A stretch of DNA of 64,000 bases. Source: Neodothiora populina. Taxonomy: Eukaryota. The DNA lies in assembly GCF_041146345.1 (NCBI RefSeq), contig NW_027191405.1:1302001-1366000 (forward strand), given 5' to 3'. The number at the start of each line of letters is the position of its first letter. The stretch's first letter is position 1. Under the pieces are notes generated by a model, which was not told the origin of the DNA, did not search any database, and saw nothing but the letters and a program-made list of their open reading frames with translations. The translations under genes and the position numbers were made by a program. Shown piece by piece: positions 1 to 12,500 of the stretch.

Positions 1-355
1 GCGCTGCGGTGGCGGGAGTGGCAGCCGGAGTGGCAGGAATGTATTGGAGATGTTGATGATTATGATGACTGTGATGACGATGCTGATGAGGCGATGAAGG
101 ATACGAATGGGACGAGGGATCCTGCGTCTGGGTCTGAGTCGTGTCGTCGTTGTCGTACTGTAGGTATTGTGGGTGTGGAGAGTCGGTCGTAAATGTGGTA
201 GTACGATCTGCTCCTTCCTCTTGCCCTTGCTCTTGCTGCTCTAAATCGGCAGGTGCAGTGTCGGCAGCTGTGGTAGTTGGGGCAGGAACAAGATCATTGC
301 TGTCATGGACGTGATGTTGGTCGTCCACGTTCGGCGACGACGACGACGTCGACAT
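1..355 (-). CDS. 5' part of a gene running off the left edge; low-complexity N-terminus, product unknown
   Basis: ATG at 355 (context gccaATGt) opens a stop-free frame to position 1: MSTSSSSPNVDDQHHVHDSNDLVPAPTTTAADTAPADLEQQEQGQEEG...HQHRRHHSHHNHQHLQYIPATPAATPATAA. It is absent from the ORF track because there is no stop inside the window. Confidence 0.55.
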   Translation of the reverse strand, partial: MSTSSSSPNVDDQHHVHDSNDLVPAPTTTAADTAPADLEQQEQGQEEGADRTTTFTTDSPHPQYLQYDNDDTTQTQTQDPSSHSYPSSPHQHRHHSHHNHQHLQYIPATPAATPATAA

Positions 356-2027
356 TGGCAACAGCAACAGCAACAGCGACTGCAGCTGCTAAACCTTGTA
401 AAGTGGGAAAGTCTAAAATGGCTGACTTGTGGGACCCAAGGGGAGGTTAGTTTGTTAGTGACAAAGGTAATCCCTGCCCTGCGCAGCGTCTTGACTCTCT
501 TTTCGTCTCTGTTTCTTGTGTCACTCTGCTTTTTCACTCGTGTACTTGCTACATAGACCCGTCCGACCTGGCTCTGGCGAGCACTAATAGGCTTGCAGAA
601 ACACAAGTGGATACCTTTGGATAACCCAAAGAGGGGGACGGACCTTTGTTGCCGATGTGTCCGCCCTTGAGCCGCTTGAACCTTGTTTCGTCTGTGTATT
701 GTACAAGTATGGTTTTAAAGCAGAAGATATCGTACTGTAGATACTCGAGAGAGGATAATACTGAGTGTATAGCTAATCCAATTGTCCCTCCTCTCTCCAC
801 ACGAGACGGATTCCTTCAGAGCATGAGATAGTCCACCCTGCCTGCCTCTACACCATCCTGTTCCAAGGCACGAAATCGACTAATTGTTGGAACTTGGGCG
901 AAATGCGTTGGCCCGCCATGTCCCTCCCCGCCAATCTCCCCCCAATTCAGGTCACTGATACATGCGATCGTCGTCCCATCTGATCACTAAAGAAAAAAGC
1001 ACTTTATCCGGTCTCAATCAACTTTTCTGGCTTTGCCACGTCAAGCAAGCCCTGCTGCGATCAATGTGGCTGACCTGACTGACCCCCCCGTGGCTGATGG
1101 AAATGACAAGTCGACCTTCAGCTTGCGCTCTCTGTGCGGTGGCGGCTCAAGAGAGAAAAAGTGGGAAAGCATGGACCTTGCGCGCTGCTTGTGCTCCACA
1201 CTACAGTTACAGATATAGACAATCCAGATGATTGGGTCTATTGGTCATGCTGCTTCTTCGTATTGTACTGTAAATTAACAAGAAGCAAACAAAGTAGAAG
1301 AAATCATAAGACATGACGGATGTTTTGGTATTGGTGCAGCAGAAACACAAGTATATAACCTTTACCAGACACACAAAGTGTGTACACACCAAGATTGGAA
1401 GCCATCTAGGCTACCGGGACACGCAAGAATGATCCGCCTGACACAACGACCATAACGCGCATCTCCATGTCGCTTAGTCGTCATGCCGTCCCGTCCTCTT
1501 TATTTCAATCCGAGTCCACTGCACGCTCCTTCCGTGCTGTAAAAGAGAAATGACATCTAGTGCTCCTCTCATGTCCTACAATATTTATGCTACACAATAT
1601 ACAATGTCACAATATTTCATACTACGGCAAGGGGTCAATCTCCACCATACTCGCCAAGGGAAGCATTACTCGAGCGCTGATGATATGATGAACACGACGG
1701 ATTCACTGCTGCACGCCTCTTGTACAGTGGAAAGATTATTTGAGAAATGCAAGTGCCTATGAGCGTTAACGGGCATAGAAAGCGGGTGAAACGGGAGCAG
1801 ACTCATGCAGCATGCAAGCTTCAGAATCCTGCAGCCTCAAGAGTGGATCACGATTACTATCGACTGTAGAGAAGTCGAGCAGGCTATTCAATCTTCACAA
1901 ATCTTTTGCCTCCAGACGATGGAAGTGACAGAAGTGTATCTACATACGGACAAACCATCAAGTAGAAAGAACAAAAACATTTTCCATCGCCACCACTCCT
2001 TGTAACCCAGACGAAAAGTAGAGTAAA

Positions 2028-2136
2028 ATGACAGAACGCACCTTTCGCAACTTCACAAAAGCCCAAGCCCATTCCTACGCCTCGGGGCGCAACATCTCCT
2101 ACCCGCCAGAGCTCTACGACACAATACTGAGCTATC

Positions 2137-2175
<39 letters not shown>

Positions 2176-3392
2176 ACCATGATAATAACAACACCCACTT
2201 TTCCCCCGAGCCACAACAGGAGGAAGAAGTACAATCCCACCTCTCTGCATCCGCCCATACGTCTCCCTCGAAGCAGCTCGATCTCCTGCTAGATATAGGC
2301 TCGGGAGCAGGTAAAGTGATCTATGACCTCGTGCCTCAATTCTTCGCCCGGGGAATAGGTCTCGATCCAAGCGAGGCGATGATCGAGGCGTCGAAGCGAG
2401 ATGCTCGGTTCGCGGTGGTCAATAATCATCTTCCTAATGCAGACAGCCCGAAATGTGTGGATTTCGTGCTTGGAGAAGCAGAGAAGTGTGCTGAGGTATT
2501 GCTTGGTGGTGCTGGACTCGGTGTAAAACCGGGGAGTGCGGATGTAGTCACCGTTGCTATGGCTGTATGTTTCCTTTTCGTTCCTCATATATATTCACCT
2601 GCTTAGATGTGACGGATTGTTTGTGCAGCTCTCAGAACACTCACTGACGGGTCTTGGGGAGACATATAGGCGCATTGGTTCGACATGCACCAATTCTATA
2701 CCAACGTCGCCAAACTACTGAAAAAGGGAGGCACGCTGGCCATGTGGACGTGTTCCTCCATCTACATCCGTGAGTGCATCTTCCTCTCTTACATTCGCAC
2801 CAGTAGCCATATCCTTGACCAGCCAACCGCCAACCTCCAACTCAACTAATCGCAAACAAAAGACCCATCAACCCCCCGCGCCCCAGCCCTGCAATCCATA
2901 ATCAACACTCTGAAAGACAACATCCTGCACCCCTACGAAGAACGAGGCAACGCTCTAGCACGAGACTGCTACGCCTCCCTTCCCTTACCATGGGTTATCC
3001 CGCACGACGCCAATTCACCAGATCAGCAAGCAGAAGATGAATGGGACAAACCCTCCTTCCGACGCCACGACTGGGACCTCTCCGGCTCACCCTCGCGCAC
3101 CATCTCCTCCTCTACTGGCCAAGTCCTCTATTCGCACTGTGGGACAAGCAGTGATGCGTTCATGTGCCAGCGCCTCGTCAAGCCCTCTGATATCGCGCGC
3201 GGAATGGCCGCGTCGAGTATGTATGTGCGCTGGCGCGAGGCGCATGCCGCTGCACTCGAGAGCGGGGAGGTGAGGGATTGTTTGGAGGTTGCTGTGGAGG
3301 GGATGGAGGGGGTTTTGAGGGGGGGAGGGGCAGGGGAAGAGAAGGTGCTGGTTGGGACTAGTTGTTCGTTGCTTTTACTTCGCAGGGCATGA
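2028..3392 (+). CDS. Class I SAM-dependent methyltransferase (trans-aconitate methyltransferase/Tmt1-like)
   Basis: Exons 2028-2564, 2670-2769, 2863-3392 (GTATGT..TAG, GTGAGT..AAG introns). Motifs: YASGRNISYPPELY, LLDIGSGAG (motif I), GLDPSEAMI, VTVAMAAHWFD, LKKGGTLAMW, LPLPW. Confidence 0.85.
2139..2174 (+). repeat. Coding microsatellite (AAC)11 AAT encoding Asn12
   Basis: Read directly from the sequence; in frame within methyltransferase exon 1. Confidence 0.95.
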
Positions 3393-3559
3393 AGGATTAT
3401 TCGACATTGTTGCGGCGGATTGTGAGTGAGTGAGTGGGATGCGGTAGATCGGTATATTGTGGGCTATCCTTGGCTATTATCTGGAGCTGTCGCTGGCTTG
3501 AGTATCAAGACAAGAAAAACAAAAAGTCGCGGCCGTTTTGAATGCATGTATCTTCCCCC

Positions 3560-5369
3560 TCAGTTCACCATCCTCCGCCGCAGTTCCGGCGGTGCGTCAA
3601 GTGGCGAAATCGTCGTTCCATTGCCGTTAGCGTCAGGCTTTGTCTTCATCTCACCCTTCTGCCCACAATACTCCAGAACGACCTCGATGACCGGTTGCCT
3701 GGTCTCGGTCCAGTCAAATACCTCGGCGTGGTCCAAATCTTCGAACCACAACACATCCAGCCCCTTTCCAACCCACTCTCTAGACTTCCAGTCCCCGGTC
3801 TGCTTACTCGCCTCGTTGGCATCGGTCAGATACTCACCTACGTGCTTCGTATTGACGATCAAGTCTCTGCCGCTGAGCACGACAGTGACGTTACGGTGCG
3901 CGCCGAGGTCTTCCTTCCAGATGATGTTCTCCGACCAGAAGAATGTGCGCGACAGCGTATGCGCTACTCCTATGTCTTTGGATGCAAAATAGTCCAGTCT
4001 GTGCTCGTTGGAGTTTACAGGTTTGCGACGGAGCTATGAGTACGATATCAGCATGACATGCACGACATCAGAAACTATACAACAGCAACACCGGACTTAC
4101 AAAGTTGTATGCAACGTCGGGGAGATGGAGCAAGAAAGTCACTGGATCAATGAGAACAACCGGACCGATTTTCTTCTCAAGGACAGGCGAGTGGAGAAGG
4201 TGAGTAGTGATGACGCTTCCATATCTGTGGCTCTCTTGGTCAGCACTTTCCGCAAGAACAAAGAAATATACACGCCGAGTCTACTCACGAATGCGAGACC
4301 AGCACGAATTGATTCCACCCGTGTGCCTCCAAGATCTTGTTGATCTCGGCACACATTGCAGACTTGTCCAGCGCGGGTCCGGTGATTCTGAAGCTGACAG
4401 GCATTACTTCGATGGCAATGATGCCCACTCTGCCACCATCGGCGGGAGAGCTCCTGTTACAGTCCTCGTTCAACTCCCCGAGAAAGGTGACATAAGGGTA
4501 CAATCCTATGCCGATTCCATGAATGAAAAGAATAGGCAATCGTGTCTTGGACGTATGAGGACTATGCCAGTACGTCAGAGTCCCAGATGGCGAGACGTTC
4601 TTCGCGAACACATTGTGTGGTCGATATGGGAAGACCGAGAGGAAGCGTCGCAGCGGAGCGCGATGATAGTGGAAGTTGAGCATATACATGCGTACTGAAG
4701 TCGATGAATCGACTATGAATACCAACTACAAGTGAAGTGGAAGATTAGTCGTGAGCAACACACGAGAAAGATGTTTTTGGTCGCGGGGCCTAACATCAAT
4801 ACTAAGGGAGCATTTCTTACCAAATACCAGAACAAGCTGCGGTGCAACATCTGGACCTTGTCAAATGTGAGTCGTAGGCACTCTGCCTTGCCCCATCCAG
4901 GCTCCAATTTCTTGCCTAGCGCTTGCTCGGTAGCAAGAGTGTATTCCTCGACTTCGTCATCGCTCGTTTCAGAAGGCACTTCTGTCGCCAAAAATGCCCA
5001 GCGGATGAAATGTTTGACATTTTCACGTTTGATTTCAGATGCCGGGCTGTGCAAGAACCACTTCGACAGATATGCTTCAATATCGGGTACATTGGCCATG
5101 CATTTGTTGAATAATTCTCGTCTCTGCTCTCGAGACGGAAGCTCGGGATGGACAGCAGGCTTCTGCAGGTGGTACCTTAGTGGGATGAAGACTAGTACAT
5201 AAAATAGTGTTTCCGCCAGAAGCCATGCTTCTAGTAACCGGGGTATAATAATTCCATGTGGTCGTGAGATGACACTGCCAATGTATAAAAGAATACAGAG
5301 TGGTGTGAGCCAATGTAGAAAGAAGATACAGGCTCGGATGAAAAGGTATCCCGGTAGAGACGGGCCCAT
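3560..5369 (-). CDS. Membrane-anchored alpha/beta-hydrolase fold protein
   Basis: Four exons 5369-4821, 4725-4289, 4224-4101, 4033-3560 splice in frame. There are two N-terminal hydrophobic segments, PILFIHGIGIG (oxyanion region), the nucleophile elbow LVSHSYGS across intron 2, LIDPVTFL, LSGRDLIV (Asp) and DLDHAEVF (His). Confidence 0.85.
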
Positions 5370-6499
5370 GATTTAGTTATTGGTCCGAAAGTCTTGAGTT
5401 GCTGAAAGTAGATCAAGAGCAGGAAAGGCTAATGGAAAGCAACACAAAGGAGTGTGCGACGACAAAGAGGCTTATATGATAGCCTTGTAAGCTGCCGTAC
5501 AGCGAGCTGTTGATAAGAATATAATATTGGTGAGATGCACTCAGTAAATGCCGGGAGGCCTTCGTGCCTGCGGTACTGGGTGTATCTTGTGTTCGACAAT
5601 CCACAGATCCTCTGCGCTGGCCGGGGTTTTCTTCAAAGACGCGAATAACAAGATACTATTGGGCAACCGATACCAGATCCATGTCAGAGGTGTCTCGGGA
5701 GTTGGTTTTGAGCAGATAAGCAAATCTCTCACAATCGTCGTCTGATAGAAAGTTGCACATGCAAACGGCGTAGGACTGCGGCTCTTTCACAACACAAGCG
5801 GGCAGAGATTTGTGAGCAAGCATCATCGTCACCTGATGCGTCATAGGCTACCATTTTTTGTCAAATACCTTGTTTTGATGTACAATAATGTGGTCCGAAG
5901 GCGATTCTGTGAAAGAACAAGATTACTGGCTGTCTTGATGGCTTCTAAGTCTACGCTGATTATATCTTGTTTGTTGTTTTGACTGAAGTATGGGTTTCGG
6001 CTATCGATAATAAAAGCTCACTGGTGACCAGCCAATGGCATCGATGAACGGATTCACTCGTAAACTTGTACTGTATGGGTACTTCAACTTGATTTCAGAA
6101 CTCGGTACAGCCGGATGATCTCCCTGCATGTGACAATGATCGAAACCCACTCTCTCACGACACATTCTTTCGCTACACACGCTTGCAATTCGGGTAATAC
6201 TATAGTGAGAGATCACGATACACGACGCACCGCATGTGCGCCTTTCCCAACCTCACGTTGTCAGACCACAATGAAAGAATTTGGTAAGTCTTATGTTCGA
6301 TAACAACTACGTCAAGTAAAACAACATGTCTTCCCAAAAAAAAAAAAAAACTACCATGTGGAAACAAGAGTGCTGCTCGCAAGTACATCCGACCTGCAGC
6401 TGAAGAGGGTTGTAAGGAGGGGAATGGGGTATCAATTTAGATCCAAAAATGTGAGTGCAGGTAGCAAAGACTTTCGTCTTCGCAAACCACGCAAGTGAT

Positions 6500-7999
6500 C
6501 TACTGCCTCAAATGAGCAGAGTCACACTGCTCGATGAAGCGATAGATGCCCTCGAGGCCTTGATACTCGAGAGGGCTGGCGGCCGAGGCTGCGGCGTGGA
6601 AAGATCGAGATGGAGAGCTGTAATGCAGTGTCTCATATCCAGATGGCGTGGAAGGAGTGCTCTCGTCCCAAGGGTTGTCTTCTCCGATGGCGAGGGCAAA
6701 CTCATCATCCGAACGAGCAGAGCATGTAGAGGAATGCTCGTCGCCAGCTTCGCTTGGGTTGGAAGGGGTGATCATGGTATGCCATTCCAGCTTTTCCTTG
6801 ACCCGTCGAGATGGTTCATCAAACCACTGACCAACGTCATCTCCCTCCTCAAATCCACAATCGGCCTGGAAGGCGGTGGTGCTTGGGGCGAAGGGAAATA
6901 ACAGAGCAATCTCAGTGCCGGCGAAGGCTTCAAAGTCCTGGTCTTGCACTACTACACCTCTCTGTACGCCCAATTCCTCGCACAAATTCTCGACGGCTTC
7001 CGCGTGGCATCCTGGGAAATGAACGCGAAGTTTGCCGGTGCTCTCGTACGTGATTGGCATATCACCCAGCTGTGAGATCTTCTTCAAATCGTTGAGCACG
7101 GCAGCGAAATCCTTGAGCGCACGAGAGAAGTCGACGCTCAAGACATCGATAAGACCGGAAGAGTTGATGTGGCTCTGCTCGTTCTCACTAGGAGTGTAGC
7201 GGGAAACACCATTCAACGAAGTGAGAGCAGTAATGGTAGGATTGACGCTGAAGTCAACGTAAGATCCAGGGGTCGCTCGGGGAACATTCCTCAATCTTCG
7301 TCCAGTCTCATCCTGCAGAATACTGATGGCCCTGTACTTCTTTTCTCCAGTGCGAGGGCTGACTCCATCAAAATGTGCCTTCTGTCCAGAAAGGAAAAAG
7401 GCACGAACGGCCTGAGAGACATTCTGCACCACCTGGCCCTGACTCGCCGGGCCGTGTGAGAAATATCGTGCACCACCAACACGACCTCCACCAAGTGAAT
7501 ACCCGCCTGCTGTTCTGCCGAGGGTACCCCCGGTGAGGTTAGGGCGCAGGGTGGAAGCGAAAGGAGCTCGGCCTGCTGAACGGCCGATAGCGCTGCTGAT
7601 CGCCGACTGTGGATAAGACGCACGAACAGTCTGCTTGACACCAGCAGAGGGGAAATACTGCTCAGTGACAGACGAGAAGTGTCTGATTGCTGCATTGAAA
7701 GCAGATCGACGAGAAGTGCTGTACCATCGCCGGCCTTGGCGGAGACGAGCAGCTGGATGAAGTGGCTGCTTCGGCGTGTTGCGGACCAGCACTGGCTGCG
7801 CCTGGGTCTGGGCTTGCTTAGGAAGCGATTCCTTGATTGCCTTGCAGGCTTCTTTGTATGCAGACCTGTTGCAGCAACATCGTGTTAGTAAGTCATGATG
7901 TTATCACCCATTGACTTGGGTAGGTTGGGATGATACATACTTCCAGACTTTAGCATGCCTCGTCAAGAGGCTATGCCAATAGCCCGCGAGAGGCGGCAT
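6500..7999 (-). CDS. Conserved-looking fungal hypothetical protein, possible mitochondrial presequence
   Basis: Exon 1 7999-7941 (MPPLAGYWHSLLTRHAKVWK) and intron 7940-7866 (GTATGT..CTAAC..CAG) join the 430-aa ORF. The N-terminus is Arg/Ser-rich and acid-poor (RRWYSTS). Globular segment GSYVDFSVNPTITAL...LRVHFPG...LCEELGVQRG; C-terminal YQGLEGIYRFIEQCD. Confidence 0.8.
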
Positions 8000-8134
8000 A
8001 TTTGCGGCAGAGCAATATCAAGATCCTCTAATTAAGAGGAGAGCTGATAGAAAAACAGAAGGGAAGGAAAGTCAGAGATAGACCTGCATCATCACAAGTA
8101 CGAGGTGCAGGATGGAGGATCGAGGGTGGCGAAG

Positions 8135-8226
8135 CTTATCGCTTATCGCGCTCCTGCCTCGGGATCCTCCAAGCAGTGACGTTCCGCCGATAATGTCCGA
8201 CTTGTGACCGTTAAGTCCGAGATAAG
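8135..8226. promoter_or_regulatory. Cluster of GATA elements upstream of the 7999 gene
   Basis: CTTATCGCTTATC (tandem GATAAG on the minus strand) at 8135-8147, GATAAT at 8189 and GATAAG at 8221, all 135-230 bp upstream of the ATG. These are short motifs and function is unproven. Confidence 0.3.
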
Positions 8227-9545
8227 CTAGTCCTTATTCGCACGCTCAGAGCAGCTTCATACAGTACAGTACAGTACAGGACAACACAGTTACAGCACAT
8301 TCTGGACAACCTGGTCAACGGTGCAAGTAGTGAGGCAGTTTCCTGCCACGCCTTCTCATTTGCGATGCGCAGGGCACGTTCCTCGGGCGATAAGTCTTGG
8401 TTTGGTCAATCCGTGGCATCTCAAGGAGCCAGAAGTTGCATAGACAGCCTTCCGAGGATGCAGTAGAAGGAAAAAAAGAGAGATGAAACTTGCTCGACAG
8501 GACCAAGGAGCAGACAACGACAACACCAGTAGAGGGGAGCTTTTGGAGGACATATAGAGGGGACAGAAACGAACAAATGGCAAAACAAGTACAGGCAAGC
8601 ACTGGTGATTATACCGTAGAGTATCATGCAAATAACAGAGCGAACAAAATCAACAACAGAAAAAGACTTGGGAGAGACAAAACAATGGACTTGCTCTGGG
8701 ATTACATGAACACATCAATCTGAACTCGGAATCTTTTCCGCTCTGCTTTCTCTCTCCCCATCACTATACTCGCCCTCATGCCCATCGTAAGTAGAAACTC
8801 ATCCCGTCCTGATCTCCATTCGCCGTGTTGATAACTTCGCTGTGCTTTGCATCTCTGTGGAATCGAAGACAAGAGTCTGACCGACCCGATTATCAAAGTA
8901 GTATGTATGGTGCGCCTTACGCTCAGCATAGAAGCGATTGTGCGATATCTCCATGTTTTCGGATTTTGTTGCCATGCTCCCATAAATTGAGCTTCATCGC
9001 GGGCCAGCTGGCTGAATAACTCGGGCGCCGTTGCTTGCAGAAAGATCAATGGACTTCTAGACCGATAGCTTTTGAATACGCTCGAAGGGGATTGTAAAGA
9101 GAATCGGCTTTGCTGCTTTTAAAATAAAACTGCGGCGATGTCAAATCGACGCCTGTGTGGATCAAATAAAGAAACGTGGCGCATGAACCCGTAACGAATA
9201 CTCCAGACTCCTGCCATGCTTCTTTTTGTTTTGTAATCTGCCGCCCATGCGGCGGCAGCATGTTTGTACGTGTCTTGGTATGGTCTGCTTGCATATGCTG
9301 CAGAGGCCATGCGCTTCTGAGTAGAGGGGGAACGCCTAGACATCCCTCGATCTTAAAAGTTGGAAAGAAACCTTGGGCCAAACATCACTTGCGCATCTGA
9401 TCCGATCTCATTGCAATTTATCTTCCGAACATACATTCCAGAAGATCATTGTTGTCGTAAATGACATGGTTGTGTCCAATGTCTTCAGCGAAGTCGAAGA
9501 CAAAGGTAGATAATGAGTGCGTCATAGCACCAGCTAACCACCAGC

Positions 9546-12500
9546 CTACGATTCAAGCTCGACCTTCAGGCTAGCTGCATCAGGAGACACATCGATGATG
9601 TCGCTGAGCTTTTTGCGGTTCTTGAGGTTTGTCGCTCCATTTCTCCAAGCAGATCTCAGCTGCTTCAAAGCAGGCCGTTCGCCGCTGGCGTTCTCGCCTT
9701 GAACGTAGGAAACGTAGTCCCGGGCGACACGATCACGGACAGGAATCTGGCTGGCAGTTGCTTCGTTGTAGTACTTGAGCAGATTGGCCATGCCCACATT
9801 GTTGTGTCGAGACTTTGCATCCTGCTCCGCAAGACCACGGAACTCAGCATACATTTGAGCATTGAAATTGCGGATCAAGAAATGCGACCAGAATTGGTAG
9901 AGGACATCCATGTCGTAAGGGCAAGTGCCAGTGGCGGCGACCTTGCGTTGGGAAAGTGCCTTCTCATGTAGATGGGTATACATCTCGTGGCCTGCATCCG
10001 CAGGCAGGCTGTCGACAGGAGCCTCGCGATCCTTGACCCAGAAAAGTTGCACAGACGCGTCATCGACAGGCGTACCAGTTGCGGTCGTCTGGGCAGGTGT
10101 CGAAGCCTTGGGGGCGCTAGTAGGAGAACCTCCGTTGGTCAAGGCAGCACCATTCGTCTTGGGCTTGTCGGAGTCCTCGAAAATGCTCTTCGAGTCGATC
10201 GAGCCATCAGAAAAGGTGCGCGAGTTGGAGTTGTGGTAAGGTGGGCGCGGCGATGCACTCTTACGCACCACGACCGTCAACGTGACAAGGGCCTCGTTGG
10301 GGAACGTGTCAGCCTCGCCATCGGCATCTGCACCAACAACAAAGGGGGAAGCGTCATGTTCACGACCTGGCGATTTGACTTGGCGGCCTCTAGATTCCTC
10401 GGACCCAGCGTGCTCGCTATATCCAGGCTCCATACCATCAGGGTAGAAAGCAGGGGTCATCCCGTTCATGTGATATGGGGCTTCGGTAAATCGGCGTTCA
10501 TATGGTCCGGCTGAGTGTGGACCTCTCGTGTAAGGCCCTTGCTCCAGTATGCTCAATTGAGGCGGCGCAGGCCGCTCAACTCGGGCCGGGCCGTCGTTCT
10601 GAGCTGAAGGGTCGCGTTCACTCATAGGAAGCACCCATCGCTCATGATCGCCAACCTTGCGAAGGCGATCACGACCATCATCACCTGTGCGTAGCTCGAT
10701 GTTAGTAGATTGCAGGCACACGTACTTGATCAAGTCATAATCCGTAGTCAAGTTCTTGAGACGCTTGAAATCTGCAACAAAGCTGAGGAAAACGTATCCC
10801 TGGGAGTCCATGTGCTTGCGGAAGAACATGTCTTTGATCAAGTTGTCGACAGAGAAGTAGTACTCGATCTGCTGAGAGATCTGGGGCAAGAGATACATTT
10901 GCTCGATGAGTGGCTGGTAAGGAACAGGGGCATAGTTGCCATAGTAGTCCGGCATAGGCGCATAGCCGGGCATCATCTGCACGGGATATGCCGGGTAAGC
11001 TGTCTGTGCACGACCGAGGTCATCGATCGGGATGGACTGCGACCGCATGTTCGCTCCTCTATAGCCGTTGCGAGAGTTTTGAGAGTAGTGAGCACCACGC
11101 TGGGGTTGGTAAGGCGCGGCGTAAGCAGAGGCAAAGAATTCGGCTGGGAAGTTCTGAGAGGCGTGATTGTAGTGACCGTTACCGAGTCCACCACGATGAC
11201 CACCTCTGCCACGTTTGCTTTTACCCTCACGGTAAGTCGGTGGGTTTGCTGAGCTGTCAAAAGGGCGGGATTCGCTACGACGCTCGGTAGACGAAAGCTT
11301 GGCATTTTGGCTCTCAATCGCTTCTCCATCCGCACCGGCACGAGAGGCGACGGAAGCACGTCTGGCAAGTGGATCAGAAGATTGCTTGTAGGAGTCGTGC
11401 TTTCCCCTCTTCGTGGATGATTGACGTCCAGACACCGTGGAGCCATTCACGGCGATTTCTGCACCGCTATCATGGGAAGTGCCATTCGCAAGCGAAACGT
11501 CTCCGTTAGTGACAACACCCTCCTGCGCGCGTGGCTCAAACGGCGCAGCGTCTCTCCAGTGGCTCTCGCTGCTTCCGCGAGCGGGCTTAGCTGGTGGTGG
11601 CATGGCCTCGCGATCAGCCTTCTCTGCCTGATCCTTGGATACCGACGACTCTGCGTTTGGCAGAGACTGAGCTCTAGCGGAAGCTCTATCGCCGGAATGA
11701 CCGGCTCGACCTGACGCATGCGAAGCACCGCGAGCGCCACCTCTGCCTCCTCGGGGCGCTCCACGGGTAGGAAGAGAAGTTTCAAAGATGACATTGGGAG
11801 TGATGGGTAGTGTGTTCCAGTCACGCTTGCTCACAGGCTTGGCAGCCGGTATTTGGGCCTGCTCCTTGTCCGCCTTTTCTTCCTTTTCCTGTGCCCGTCT
11901 GCGCTCCTCCTCTCGTGCCGTCTCCATGCTGGGCCACGCCACCTCGTTGCTGGGCGCAGGTGCGTTTGCCGCAGGCGCAGAGCGACCCGCTGAGGCTTTC
12001 TTCTGAGCATCGTCTAGTCCTTGGCGACCCGCGTTGTTGCGCTCACCCCGTGCATTACCACTTCTGCCTTCGTGTCCCTGAGTCTGGGTCTGGGGCTGAT
12101 CTTGACCATGAGTGGCGGTGGGCCCCGTTCTCTTCCTCGTGTCGCTGCTCTTCTGCTCCTTTTTCGTGCTCTCGGGCGCGCGCACAGTGCTGGCAGCTGG
12201 CGCAGATGGCTTCGACTGCAGAGCTTGCGCTCTCTGAGTCCAGATGTTGACCGCCGGTGGCGGCGCTTCCGTGAGCTTTGGCTTTGCAGCTTTGCGCTCT
12301 TTGGCCGGCTCCTCGCTATTATCTTGCTCGCCCTTGCTCTTGCTCTTTTTGGTCTCCGTAGCCTTGGCTATGGGCTCTGATGATTGAGACTTGCTGTCCC
12401 ACGTGGACTCGGACGAAGCATTTTGCACAGACGATCCATCATCGTCCTTGGCGGATATTGAGGAAGCTGCTGCGTCAGGCGACGTCACACTAGATGCAGA

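Noticed and set aside
6336..6350. A15 run as a retroelement tail
   Set aside because: No target-site duplication or element body; it sits in the 3' UTR of the minus-strand gene.
6500..7999. Possible casein kinase II beta label (recalled for similar fungal proteins)
   Set aside because: No CK2-beta zinc-finger signature (CPxxxC...CPxC) is present in the translation.
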